Notes: generated by a model not told the origin, from the letters alone. Shown: positions 1-9,165, counted from the stretch's first letter. The stretch is 38,925 bases of DNA from an uncultured bacterium (GCA_964585025.1 CAZPCO010000001.1:1-38925); one strand, 5' to 3'. Numbers and translations are program-made.

Positions 1-744
1 TCTATCAAACCGGGTGCCGGTGGCACCGAGTCTTCAGACTGGGCCTCGATGCTGATGCGCATGTATCAGCGTTACCTTGACGCTTCCGACCTCAAATACG
101 AAGTGATCGACCTCCAGGAAGAAGAAACCGGCATTAAATCAGCAACTCTGCGCATCAAAGGCCAGTATGCCTACGGCTATCTGAAAGGTGAAAAAGGAGT
201 GCACCGTCTGGTTCGCATTTCGCCCTTCGATTCAAATGCCCGCCGCCATACCAGTTTTACCGCTGTCGATGTCATGCCGATTCTCCCTGATGACATCGAT
301 ATCGAAATCAAAGAAGATGATTTGAAACTCGACTTTTTCCGAAGTTCCGGCGCCGGCGGTCAGCATGTCAACAAAACCAGCAGCGCAGTGCGCATAACCC
401 ATCTGCCGACCGGTATCGTCGTTGCCTGTCAGATCGAACGCAGTCAGCATCAGAACCGCGAAGTTGCCCTTGGAATGCTGCGCGCCAAACTTTTTGAACT
501 GCAGCAGCAGGAAAAAAAGAAAGAACTGAAGAATATATCTGGTGACATGAAGAATATTTCCTGGGGTAACCAGATCAGATCTTATGTTTTCTGCCCCTAT
601 ACCCTTGTTAAAGACCTGCGTACCGGTCAATATACCTCGGATGTGCGTAAGGTTATGGATGGCGATCTCGAGCCCTTCATCAAGGCATATTTGAACTGGC
701 ATGCCAATGGTGAAAAACCGATGAACGTCACTGACGAAGAATAA
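1..744 (+). CDS. prfB: Peptide chain release factor 2, C-terminal 247 codons (5' end lies outside the window)
   Basis: Frame 1 is open from nt 1 ([22 protein letters not shown]...), upstream of the listed ATG at 49. It carries the RF2 SPF tripeptide (RISPFDS) and the universal GGQ motif ([11 protein letters not shown]). Stop TAA at 742-744. Confidence 0.95.
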   Translation, partial: SIKPGAGGTESSDWASMLMRMYQRYLDASDLKYEVIDLQEEETGIKSATLRIKGQYAYGYLKGEKGVHRLVRISPFDSNARRHTSFTAVDVMPILPDDIDIEIKEDDLKLDFFRSSGAGGQHVNKTSSAVRITHLPTGIVVACQIERSQHQNREVALGMLRAKLFELQQQEKKKELKNISGDMKNISWGNQIRSYVFCPYTLVKDLRTGQYTSDVRKVMDGDLEPFIKAYLNWHANGEKPMNVTDEE

Positions 745-756
745 TGAGGTGATTGC

Positions 757-2505
757 ATGCCTGATGTAACTGGGAAATGTGGTGGCTGTCGAAGTGGCAG
801 CGCCATGTTCATGCTGCTGACCATCGTTGGCGTCCTTTACATTTTCGGCATGATGCTGATTGATTACATGACTCAGGAACGCGCTCAAACAGCGCGCCTG
901 GGTGAAAGCATGCAGGCGTTTTATCTTGCTGAGGCAGCTGTCGAGAAGGGCATGATCAAGATGCGCGAGCTGTTTTCAGAAAAACTGCTTTCTGAAGACG
1001 GTGAGGTAAATGACCGGATTCTGGCACTGCTCGACATTGATCGGGCCGAAAATTTTTCGCTGCGTATCAAGATAAACGACGGAGACGTAATTCAGGGGGG
1101 CAGCGCCGAGGTTCTCGTCGAAGTTAACAACCTGCGTTTAACGCCTTTTAAAACCTACATCGACGAATACGAAGAAGTGCCCGCATCACTGAAGGTGTAT
1201 CGCAAGGAAAACCGCGACACCTATGCTGATAAAGCCCTGGGCGGCTGGGAAGGCCTGCTGCGTTTCGAAGCCGTAGGCCGCTATCGCAATGCCGAGAAAA
1301 AAATCGAAGTGATCAGAGAGCTGAAGGTTACCGACCTGACTCCTCCGGCTGAGAATTATACGCTGTTTGTCGCCAGCCGCAAAGACGAATATCTGCGTCA
1401 TGGTGAATTCAGGTGTCGTAACTGGAGCGTGGTTCGTGAACTCAAAGCTTTGATCGATGACATTGCCAAGAAGACCAGTGACGCGTTCCAGGAAACACTG
1501 GGCAATACGGCCGGTGATTTCTTCTGGGAACCAAATATGGCCAGCAACGTCGGTTTTGAGGGTGACATGAAGATACGTACTCTCAAGGTCATCAGAAAAC
1601 TGGTCATGTCGGTTTCTGATCTCAAGATCAAAGACTTTGTCGATATTTCAATTCAGAAATTGCATCCGTATCTCTGGGGCAAAATTCGTACTAATGGGCG
1701 CCTGCATGTTTACCTGCCATTTTTTGCCGCCGATGATATTATCAACTATTTTGAAGATAACTCGATTTTCTCGCACCAGCGGCCTGAAATCGGCTATCTG
1801 TTCTGCAGTAACCAGCTACACGACCCATATCTGAGCAAATATACCTATTATGAAGGCGAAATAATCAGGTATTACCAGAAGCTCAAACCCTACGTGCTCG
1901 GTATTACTGAAACGCCTTACCCAAGCTCAGACCCCTATACCATCAACACCAAATTCGATTTCGTTTCACGGCATCCTGACAAACTCGAGCCCATGCAGCT
2001 CACCCGCATTCAGAAAGAAGCAAAGGACTATTGTCACGAATATATTGAAAAAGATCTTACCCTGCAGGGCAGTTACTCAAAACCTGCTTCAGTCTGGGGT
2101 CTGATTTATGTTCAAGGCGACCTGCACGTCGGGGGGCGCATTTCCGGTCAGGGAATGGTTGTGACCGAGGGCGACATCTTTATCGACGATAATGTCGTGC
2201 ATGACAGCGCCACGTCGTTTCTTTCTCTCGTATCGTTGAAAGGTTCGATCAAACTGGCCAAAGGGCTCAACAATGCCAAGATAGAATCGGCTCTATATGC
2301 CAAAGAGAGCCTGGTTGGCGGTGAACAGGTCAACATCTTCGGTAATCTCGTAGTTGATTCGCTGAATCGCCAGAAGGGCGAAGAAGGCCCGTTGATCATG
2401 CCAAAACGTGTAGTAATCAATTATGATTCAAACCTCAAGGCTGAGGTCGGCAGTAACGTTTGTTTCAATATCTCAGATCTGATTACTACCCAGCGTGATC
2501 TTTAA
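757..2505 (+). CDS. Hypothetical membrane-anchored protein with a PilX-N-like N-terminus and a Gly-rich beta-helix-like C-terminus
   Basis: 582-codon ORF 12 nt after prfB, with a GAGGTGA Shine-Dalgarno 5 nt before ATG 757. A single N-terminal hydrophobic helix (MFMLLTIVGVLYIFGMMLI) is followed by QAFYLAEAAVEKG, which resembles the PilX N-terminal motif. Function is assigned by motif memory only. Confidence 0.6.
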   Translation: MPDVTGKCGGCRSGSAMFMLLTIVGVLYIFGMMLIDYMTQERAQTARLGESMQAFYLAEAAVEKGMIKMRELFSEKLLSEDGEVNDRILALLDIDRAENFSLRIKINDGDVIQGGSAEVLVEVNNLRLTPFKTYIDEYEEVPASLKVYRKENRDTYADKALGGWEGLLRFEAVGRYRNAEKKIEVIRELKVTDLTPPAENYTLFVASRKDEYLRHGEFRCRNWSVVRELKALIDDIAKKTSDAFQETLGNTAGDFFWEPNMASNVGFEGDMKIRTLKVIRKLVMSVSDLKIKDFVDISIQKLHPYLWGKIRTNGRLHVYLPFFAADDIINYFEDNSIFSHQRPEIGYLFCSNQLHDPYLSKYTYYEGEIIRYYQKLKPYVLGITETPYPSSDPYTINTKFDFVSRHPDKLEPMQLTRIQKEAKDYCHEYIEKDLTLQGSYSKPASVWGLIYVQGDLHVGGRISGQGMVVTEGDIFIDDNVVHDSATSFLSLVSLKGSIKLAKGLNNAKIESALYAKESLVGGEQVNIFGNLVVDSLNRQKGEEGPLIMPKRVVINYDSNLKAEVGSNVCFNISDLITTQRDL

Positions 2506-2508
2506 ACC

Positions 2509-3342
2509 TCAGCTTTTAACCGCACCGGCGGTAACCCCTGAAACGTAAGCCCTCTGGGCCAGCATGAAAACAAGCAGCGATGGAATTGCCGTGATGACGC
2601 CGCCTGCCAGCAGCACTCCCCAGCGCCCGAAATGCTTTGAGGTCAGCGAAACCAGCGCTACCGGCAGAGTGAACATCGGTTCGTCCTGCATGACCACCAG
2701 GGGATAGAGGAATTGATCCCAGGTGTAAATGAAGCTGGTTACCGCCAGACTGGCAAGTATTGGCCTGCAAAGCGGCAGAGCGATGTGGAGAAAAAGTTCA
2801 CTGTCGCTGCAGCCGTCTGTTCTTGCAGCTTCGAAAATCTCATCTGGAAGGTCGAGCATGAACTGCCTGATCGCGAAGATGCCAAAAGCATGGGCGCATC
2901 CCGGAACTATCAAACCCAGATAGGAATTGAGCATTCCAAGCGTTTTAACGATTATAAAGACCGGAATCATTATCACCTGGCCTGGAATCATCATTGTCAG
3001 GATCAACATGAGAAAAAGGCGATCACGCCCGGGAAAAACCATTCTGGCAAAAGCGAAGGCGGCCAGAGCATTTATGATCAGCGAAAGAAACGTATAGCCG
3101 AATGAATGTATCAGGCTGTTAAGAGCAAATCTTGGAATGTTGCCGGTTTCAAATAACTGGCGAAAAGACTGAATCGACCATTGTCCGGGCAGATAACGCC
3201 AGGCAGAGGAATTCGTCTCGGTTACCGGTGCAATGGCTTCGGCAGTCATGAAAATAAAGGGGAGCATGGTAATTGCCAGAGTGAAAAGCAGAAATGCAAA
3301 AAACAGCCCTTCACGCAGTAGCCGCCGATTGCCTGTCGTCAT
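2509..3342 (-). CDS. Carbohydrate-type (CUT1-like) ABC transporter permease, MalG-like
   Basis: 277 aa with multiple hydrophobic spans. It has the binding-protein-dependent transport EAA loop (EAARTDGCSDSELFLHIALPLCRPILAS) and the typical FIYTWDQFLYPLVV segment. Confidence 0.9.
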   Translation of the reverse strand: MTTGNRRLLREGLFFAFLLFTLAITMLPFIFMTAEAIAPVTETNSSAWRYLPGQWSIQSFRQLFETGNIPRFALNSLIHSFGYTFLSLIINALAAFAFARMVFPGRDRLFLMLILTMMIPGQVIMIPVFIIVKTLGMLNSYLGLIVPGCAHAFGIFAIRQFMLDLPDEIFEAARTDGCSDSELFLHIALPLCRPILASLAVTSFIYTWDQFLYPLVVMQDEPMFTLPVALVSLTSKHFGRWGVLLAGGVITAIPSLLVFMLAQRAYVSGVTAGAVKS

Positions 3343-3349
3343 AAAATGA

Positions 3350-3379
3350 AGCCTGAATGCCTTTTAAGGCATTCAGGCT
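3350..3379 (-). terminator. Perfect 12-bp stem hairpin between the periplasmic-protein gene and the MalG-like permease gene (intra-operon terminator, attenuator or RNA-stability element)
   Basis: AGCCTGAATGCC (3350-3361), loop TTTTAA, GGCATTCAGGCT (3368-3379). On the minus strand the stem is followed by TCATTTTATG, where ATG is the permease start at 3342. Confidence 0.6.
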
Positions 3380-3385
3380 GTTTAT

Positions 3386-4315
3386 TCACCATCTTCCCTT
3401 GTTCTGTACAGGTGCCGGCTTATCTTCCTTTGGCTGTGGTGCCGGAAGTTCCGCTATCACTTTCAGAAGTTCACCGAACATCTTGTCGATAGTCAGTTTT
3501 GGATCATTGATTTCAATCGAAGCCTGGACGTTGTTGCCTGAGACTTCACCACGATTGTAGAGAAGCTTGATTTCGGCACGATTGTTGAGAACCTGGGCAA
3601 AGATTCCCTGCGGTTCTACGCCTTCTGAAACGTAGGTGTCGAGCCATTTGGCGACCGGATTGGGCATCCGGTTGAACTTTTCCATGCGCTCCTGGCGTCT
3701 TTGTCGGCCTTTTTCCATTTCATTTTTGAGGAATTCACGGCCGCCGACCATTACTGCAGCGTAGGCTTTATCTTTGAGCATCTGCTTGAAACCATCGTAT
3801 TCGGTGCTGACTTCTCTGCCGCTTCTGGCATCGAGGTAGACGGTCAGGGCTGCAAGTGTTCCGAATGCCACTTTGGTTTCGTCGATAAAGCAAAGGCCGG
3901 CTTTTCCATCATTCGATCTGAAAATCGTCATATCGCCGGCTTTTTCTTCGGCAATCTCCTTGCCGGTTTTTTCTTTGATAAAACTCATGATTTTGTCGCG
4001 ATTAAAAGTGCCTGACAAAACGACAACTGCGTTGTCGTCACGTTTTGTGGCACCCTTTTTTATCATGGCCTGAATGCGGGAAATATCCTTGAGCGGGTTA
4101 AATGCCGTAGCAGTCATGAACTCATCGATTTTCTGCCGGGCCATTGGTGGTAAAGGCGCAGTTTTTAGCAGATCTCCCAACGGCAGGGCCGAATGGTTGT
4201 TGACAAAGACTACAATGTCTGCACCGACTGGAATTGGTTCAAGTTCGGCACTCCAGGCCGGCATAACGAACAGTATCGAACACAAAAGGCAGGAAACGAT
4301 TAAATTTCTGATCAT
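3386..4315 (-). CDS. Hypothetical secreted/periplasmic protein
   Basis: ORF 3386..4351. I prefer the internal ATG at 4315 because AAGGAGAGG lies 5-7 nt upstream and it yields a classical signal peptide (MIRNLIVSCLLCSILFVMPAWSAE). I recognise no family motif. Confidence 0.7.
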   Translation of the reverse strand: MIRNLIVSCLLCSILFVMPAWSAELEPIPVGADIVVFVNNHSALPLGDLLKTAPLPPMARQKIDEFMTATAFNPLKDISRIQAMIKKGATKRDDNAVVVLSGTFNRDKIMSFIKEKTGKEIAEEKAGDMTIFRSNDGKAGLCFIDETKVAFGTLAALTVYLDARSGREVSTEYDGFKQMLKDKAYAAVMVGGREFLKNEMEKGRQRRQERMEKFNRMPNPVAKWLDTYVSEGVEPQGIFAQVLNNRAEIKLLYNRGEVSGNNVQASIEINDPKLTIDKMFGELLKVIAELPAPQPKEDKPAPVQNKGRW

Positions 4316-4427
4316 GGTACCTCTCCTTTGAAATGCCTGATTATTCACCATAACCTTTAATACAGAAAAAATTCAAGGTGGTTCAATCGCATGGAAAAAT
4401 AATCAGATCGCTGTTTGCAGGCTCAGG

Positions 4428-6665
4428 TCAGGAATTGCTGAGCTTGCGCCGCAACGACTGTTGCCAGATATTGAACAGAACGAAGAAAACGAACAATATG
4501 CTGATGACCGACGAGGCATAACCGAGTTCAAAAGATCCGAAAGCTCGGTTGTATGAGAAAAGCAGCAACGACATGGTTGCATCCTTTGGTCCGCCGCCGG
4601 TTAGAACGTATGGTTCGAGAAAGAACTGAATGTTTGCGACCGTCAGGCCTACTAATACCGCAAACAGGGTTCCTTTCAGGCCGGGAAGCGTGACGTGTCT
4701 GAATTCGTGCCAGGCATTGCCGCCATCGATGCGCACTGCATCATAAAGATCATGATTGATGAGCTCAAGGGCCGCGAGAATTATGATCATACTGAGGCCA
4801 AAACTTCGCCATATCGAAAAAACTATCAGAGCCGGCAGGGCAAGATCAGCATCGTTGAGCCAGTTGATCGGCGCGAAACCGAGCCAGTTGATCAATGAGT
4901 TCAGAGGGCTTTGCTGGCAGTATAGCCACCTCCAGGTCACCGCCGATGCCACTGTCGTTACCACTGAGGGCAGAAAAAGCCCCATGGCCAGAAGATGCCG
5001 TTTCCAGCCTCTGAAACGGTTGATGGCCAGGGCCAGTCCGAGAGCAATAAAAAGGTTGGCTGGCACTCCAACAAACAGATACACCAGAGTATTTCTGACA
5101 CTTTTCCAGAAAACCTGATCATGATAAAGACGCTGAAAATTTGCCGCGCCAATGAACCGGGCACGTGCCGGGTCTGTAATACTGGTCGCGCCAAGGTCGG
5201 TGAGACTGGCTGTGAAAGCTACGCAGAGCGGCAGCATGCGAAAAACCAGGAGAATGAGAAGAGCCGGCAGCAGAAATCTGATCACTGCCCGTATCTGTGC
5301 TGTTCTGCAGGGATTGTCGATTTTGCCGCTCCACCCTCTACTGACATAAAAAAAGGTAAGCAGCAATGGGAAAAGCGTCAGGGAAAACCAGAATAATTTT
5401 CCGGTCAGCGGTGGTCTGACTGCCTCATTTTCTTTGATAATCGAGTTCATGGTTGTATTCATCAGCCTGACGAAAGCCGCTGCATCATCATTGCTGTCTA
5501 GAAAAGCGTCATATTGCTTGTAAAAGCGATCCCAGAAAATCGCCCATTCCTTTTCGTGAGGCGGCAGACGCGTATCGGCAAGTTGTTCGCGGAAAACCTG
5601 CATTACCTTGTCGTTTTTCAGCTCCGGAAGTTCCATAGCCAGACGGTTGGCTGGAATATCGCTGGAAATTTTGTACCAGCGGGCCTGAACTTCAGGACGG
5701 CTTAAATAGAGTATCAGCTTTTTTCCTGCGTCTTTGTGTCGGGAATCTTTAAATTGAACAAGGTTTGAGCCGCCAATGAATGAAGTCCCGCTTTTGTTGG
5801 CCGGCATTGGGCACATTCCCCAGACGCTTTTCAGACGATGCTGGTTTTTCATCAGGTCAGAGGCCATCCATGGGCCTGAAACAGCGACTTCATAAACTCC
5901 GCGATCGAACTCAGTGATATAGTCGAGGCCTGAATCGTTTGGTTTGCCGATGAAACCAGCCCGACGCATTGCTCGCTCATAGTTCAGTGCTTCGATCATC
6001 GCGTTTTCTTCAAGGGCCGGTTTATCTGCCTCAAGAGATGTAAACTGGCCGCCTGCCTGCCAGTAAAACATCTCGAAAGTAAAGCCCTGCAGACTGGCAA
6101 AGTAGCTGTTGGCGGTCTTTTTATCGGCCATTACCTGCCGGCCGAATCTGAGAAATTCATCCCAGGTGCGCGGAAATGTCGACCAGCCGAACTTGTCAAG
6201 GTATTCACGTCTGAAAAAGATGACGCGGGTATCGACATACCATGGGATACCGTAGTGACCATCAGCAAATTCGCAGGTCTTCAGGGACTCGGCAAAGAAG
6301 TCGCCTGGCTTCAGTTCATTTTGTGTAAACAGTGTCTGCAGGTTTTCAAGAGCGCCCATGGCATGAAAATCCCGCATCATTGTCGTTCCAAGCTGACAAA
6401 CATCGGGTGGAACCCCGCCCAGAAAAGCGGTTACCAGTTTCTCGTAGGAGCCCCCCCATGAAAATGCCTGAATCCTGACTTTGATTCCGGGATTGTTTCG
6501 TTCGAATTCAGGCAGCAGTTGTGGAATGAACTCGGCTTCACCGCCCATGATCCAGACTCGGAGAGTAATGTCTTCAGCATTGCTGCTGCTGCAGAAAAAC
6601 AGCAGGATCACGAGAAGCAGAAGGCAGAATGGCCTGCGGGGAATTCTCTCAGCCGGGCTTGTCAT
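4428..6665 (-). CDS. Fusion protein: N-terminal family-1 extracellular solute-binding domain joined to a MalF-like ABC permease domain
   Basis: ATG 6665 overlaps the upstream stop as ATGA (plus strand tcat at 6662-6665). The N-terminal signal/anchor is RRPFCLLLLVILLFFCSSSNA. An SBP-like region follows (ITLRVWIMGGEAEFIPQLLPEFERNNPGIKVRIQAFSWGGSYEKLVTAFLGG...), then an extra TM (KLFWFSLTLFPLLLTFFYV, near nt 5400). The permease core carries an EAA loop (AVRIDGGNAWHEFRHVTLPGLKG). Confidence 0.85.
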   Translation of the reverse strand: MTSPAERIPRRPFCLLLLVILLFFCSSSNAEDITLRVWIMGGEAEFIPQLLPEFERNNPGIKVRIQAFSWGGSYEKLVTAFLGGVPPDVCQLGTTMMRDFHAMGALENLQTLFTQNELKPGDFFAESLKTCEFADGHYGIPWYVDTRVIFFRREYLDKFGWSTFPRTWDEFLRFGRQVMADKKTANSYFASLQGFTFEMFYWQAGGQFTSLEADKPALEENAMIEALNYERAMRRAGFIGKPNDSGLDYITEFDRGVYEVAVSGPWMASDLMKNQHRLKSVWGMCPMPANKSGTSFIGGSNLVQFKDSRHKDAGKKLILYLSRPEVQARWYKISSDIPANRLAMELPELKNDKVMQVFREQLADTRLPPHEKEWAIFWDRFYKQYDAFLDSNDDAAAFVRLMNTTMNSIIKENEAVRPPLTGKLFWFSLTLFPLLLTFFYVSRGWSGKIDNPCRTAQIRAVIRFLLPALLILLVFRMLPLCVAFTASLTDLGATSITDPARARFIGAANFQRLYHDQVFWKSVRNTLVYLFVGVPANLFIALGLALAINRFRGWKRHLLAMGLFLPSVVTTVASAVTWRWLYCQQSPLNSLINWLGFAPINWLNDADLALPALIVFSIWRSFGLSMIIILAALELINHDLYDAVRIDGGNAWHEFRHVTLPGLKGTLFAVLVGLTVANIQFFLEPYVLTGGGPKDATMSLLLFSYNRAFGSFELGYASSVISILFVFFVLFNIWQQSLRRKLSNS

Positions 6666-7213
6666 TGCTGAGCAGAACTGGTGGCGGTTTCTTCGCAACG
6701 ATTCTGGTCGCCGGCGGGTGCGCCATGGTAAGTGCAATAGATGAGCAGATCGCCGCGCACCAGGTCGCCGGCACTTTCATACCGGCATTGCGGCGAGGGC
6801 TTTGGAAAGGGATGCTTCAGATAGTCCGGCATCAGCGGAGAATCAGGATTATTGAGCAGTTCAGAGGTTATGCGCCGAAGCGGATCGGTATGCTCGGCGT
6901 TATACATTTTCAGTGCGCCGCGTATCGCAGCCTGTGAATAATAGCAGTTTCTCAGCTCTTCACTGAAACTCCCCGGTGAGAAAACGAAACTGAGATAGCC
7001 CCTGGTGTTGGTCAGCAGGCAGAGACTGAAGCAAGGTGGATCTGCAATGAGTTTTCCGGCTCTGGAGAATTCTTCAGCAGTTGTACTGGCAATAGCAAAA
7101 CAATTGCTGAAGGCCCTTATGTGACTTATCTGGCTGGCGAGGCGCTCGGCAGCCAGAGGCTCTGTCGCCATGCAGAGTATCAGCAGCAGGGTCTTCTTGA
7201 AATGGTTGGTCAT
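6662..7213 (-). CDS. Hypothetical secreted Cys-rich protein with a pilin-fold-like C-terminal segment
   Basis: 183 aa with a signal-like N-terminus (MTNHFKKTLLLILCMATEPLAAE). The segment CYYSQAAIRGALKMYNAEH...LMPDYLKHPFPKP..C.Y resembles the C.SN.K.I..A..MY core of type II secretion/type IV pilin-like proteins. There is no prepilin G/FTLIE leader. Confidence 0.6.
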   Translation of the reverse strand: MTNHFKKTLLLILCMATEPLAAERLASQISHIRAFSNCFAIASTTAEEFSRAGKLIADPPCFSLCLLTNTRGYLSFVFSPGSFSEELRNCYYSQAAIRGALKMYNAEHTDPLRRITSELLNNPDSPLMPDYLKHPFPKPSPQCRYESAGDLVRGDLLIYCTYHGAPAGDQNRCEETATSSAQQ

Positions 7214-7217
7214 ATAC

Positions 7218-8939
7218 CTAATCAGGGGTTGCTGATAAAAATTCGAAGCTGGGCAATTTTACAGTCTGACCCATTTCATTGATGACTTCATAGAATTTCC
7301 AGTCGGTGGTGCCATTGAAGGTAATCAGGCTGCCTTCTCTGATAAAGGCAGGAAAGCCGCCCTTTCGCGCAGCCAGCAAAAACAGCGGTTGATTGTTGTA
7401 ATGGCTGTTGAGACGGTAATCATTGCGGTCGCGGTTCATATAATCAAGTTCATCTCGATCGAGTTCCTTGATCATCAGAAGAAAATCCCGGCCGTGCCGG
7501 TTGATTTTGCGGGCAATGTAACCTCGCCATTCGACGGTTATCGGGCCGGTAAAGCTTGTTTTGAAGCCGACGTCGGTCAGCTGGTAAAATTTCAGTTCAG
7601 TGGTTGCGTAATTCTTGCGTATGCTAGCGAGACCTTCGCGTGCCGGTCGCTGGGTTTCTTCGGCTTCCCGGATCTTGAATTTTGCGACTTCCAGCTTGCG
7701 GGCGGCATCACGACGCGAGCCTTCCTGAAGATTTCCGGTTTCGAGTGCCTGGTTGAAGAGATTGGCAGCTTCGTCGAAGTTGTTCATCGTGAATGCATGA
7801 TTGGCGCGTAGATACAGATCATTGGCAAGACTTCCCGACGCTTCGGTCATTCGCATCTGCAGATTGGGGTTACCCGGGTTCATGGCGTTGGCGCGGGCGT
7901 AATAATCTTTGGCTTCTGCAGGTCTGCCCATGGTTTCGTAGATGCGGGCAATTTCGATGGCAACTGTGGCCTGAGGCTTGACCGCATAGTAGACCTGATA
8001 GTTTTTCAGGGCGTCTTCAAGAAGGTTAACGCGAGCGTAATTGCGGCCCAGCAGAAAATAGGCATCGTAAAACTTGTCGTCGACTCTGATTGCTTCTTCA
8101 AGATGTTTGATCGAGGCAAAAAGATCGCCATCGAGACTCATGGCTTTGCCCATCAGATAATGAGCACGCGGGCTGTCGGGATTTTTCTCGAGAATTGTCT
8201 GTAGAACCTGCATTGCTTCATCGACTTTGCCGTTGTCCAGAAGAGATTCTGCACGCGCTTCGCCCGCCGGTTTGGCGGCCTGGGCGGTAACTCTTACCGG
8301 AAGCGGCGGTAGTTTCAGTTCAGGGGTTGAATATGCCTGGGCCGGCTGGGTATTGATAGGCGGCAGGGCCGGGAGAGCCCTGACCGGTTGTTGTCTTGCG
8401 ACCGGTGTGCGTGTTGGGGGCGTTTTCTGTATGGTTGGCGCCTGAGTAACCACCCTTGCCGGCTGCTGGTTAAGAGGTGGCAGGGTCGGCATCACTTCGG
8501 GTTCAAAATCAGATGGTGCCGTCTGGATTACTCTTGAACTCGGAACTCTGGACTGAACAACCGGCGCCGGAAGTTCTTCATCTGGCATGGAAGCCTGAGA
8601 ACGCTTCAATTCGACCGAACAGCGGGCCATGCCGCGTCGTGCTGCAACCATGGAGGTGTCGAGCGAGGCGGCGAGGCGATATTCCTTGAGAGCTTCGTCA
8701 AAGTTGCCTGTCAGTTCGAAGAGGCGCCCGAGGTTAAAATGAACACCGGGGTGGCGAGGCGACTGCTCGTAAGCTTCTTTCAGCACCTGGTGAGCCTGTT
8801 TGTAGCGTTGCTGGTAAATATGATTGACGGCTTCTTCGACGAGGATATTGGTGTTGTCGAACGCCAGCAGACCTGGGCTGCCGGCAATCGAGACCATGGC
8901 GGACATCAGTAGTGTTTTCAGCCAGGCGTTTCTTTTCAT
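7218..8939 (-). CDS. Secreted TPR-repeat protein with a central Pro/Gln-rich linker
   Basis: The ORF extends to GTG 8960. ATG 8939 is preferred because AAGGA lies 9 nt upstream and it gives the signal peptide MKRNAWLKTLLMSAMVSIAGSPGLLA. TPR-like helices are present at both ends (e.g. AHYLMGKAMSLDGDLFASIKHLEEAIRVDDKFYDAYFLLGRNYARVN). Confidence 0.85.
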   Translation of the reverse strand: MKRNAWLKTLLMSAMVSIAGSPGLLAFDNTNILVEEAVNHIYQQRYKQAHQVLKEAYEQSPRHPGVHFNLGRLFELTGNFDEALKEYRLAASLDTSMVAARRGMARCSVELKRSQASMPDEELPAPVVQSRVPSSRVIQTAPSDFEPEVMPTLPPLNQQPARVVTQAPTIQKTPPTRTPVARQQPVRALPALPPINTQPAQAYSTPELKLPPLPVRVTAQAAKPAGEARAESLLDNGKVDEAMQVLQTILEKNPDSPRAHYLMGKAMSLDGDLFASIKHLEEAIRVDDKFYDAYFLLGRNYARVNLLEDALKNYQVYYAVKPQATVAIEIARIYETMGRPAEAKDYYARANAMNPGNPNLQMRMTEASGSLANDLYLRANHAFTMNNFDEAANLFNQALETGNLQEGSRRDAARKLEVAKFKIREAEETQRPAREGLASIRKNYATTELKFYQLTDVGFKTSFTGPITVEWRGYIARKINRHGRDFLLMIKELDRDELDYMNRDRNDYRLNSHYNNQPLFLLAARKGGFPAFIREGSLITFNGTTDWKFYEVINEMGQTVKLPSFEFLSATPD

Positions 8940-8955
8940 GGGCACGGTCCTTGTT

Positions 8956-8984
8956 TTCACGTCGCGGTTTTGACTCGGTATAAT
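8956..8984 (+). promoter_or_regulatory. Candidate sigma-70 promoter for the 28-codon sORF
   Basis: Perfect -10 TATAAT (8979-8984), a 17-nt spacer and -35 TTCACG (8956-8961). The sORF ATG lies 47 nt downstream. Confidence 0.4.
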
Positions 8985-9030
8985 CTGTTATGTTATCATC
9001 AAACCGTAATCAAACCTAGTGGAGGAAAGC

Positions 9031-9117
9031 ATGTCTATATTTCGTTTCATCTGGTGGGCGATGGTGATCAGTATTTGTGCTTTTGCCGGTTACATATACG
9101 GCTATCTCTCCGAATAA
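9031..9117 (+). CDS. 28-aa hydrophobic small protein (MSIFRFIWWAMVISICAFAGYIYGYLSE)
   Basis: Below the ORF-track length cut-off. GGAGG (9021-9025) lies 5 nt before ATG 9031 and the stop TAA is at 9115-9117. A GC-rich terminator hairpin follows directly and a TATAAT box lies upstream. The peptide has one predicted TM helix. Confidence 0.5.
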   Translation: MSIFRFIWWAMVISICAFAGYIYGYLSE

Positions 9118-9131
9118 TCAGCTTGCTGAAG

Positions 9132-9165
9132 CCCGGTCGGAACCAGGTTCCGGCCGGGTTATTTT
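9132..9165 (+). terminator. Rho-independent terminator after the sORF (its stem also abuts the 3' end of the convergent gene)
   Basis: CCCGGTCGGAACC (9132-9144) pairs with GGTTCCGGCCGGG (9146-9158), with one G-T wobble. TTATTTT follows. Confidence 0.65.

Noticed and set aside
1-60. Programmed +1 frameshift site of prfB
   Set aside because: The RF2 frameshift site lies near codon 25 of the gene, which is upstream of this window. Only the post-frameshift frame is visible here.
232-888. 218-aa ORF antisense to prfB and the start of the next gene
   Set aside because: It lies entirely opposite a confidently identified RF2 coding region, with no SD or recognisable motifs. It is a typical shadow ORF.
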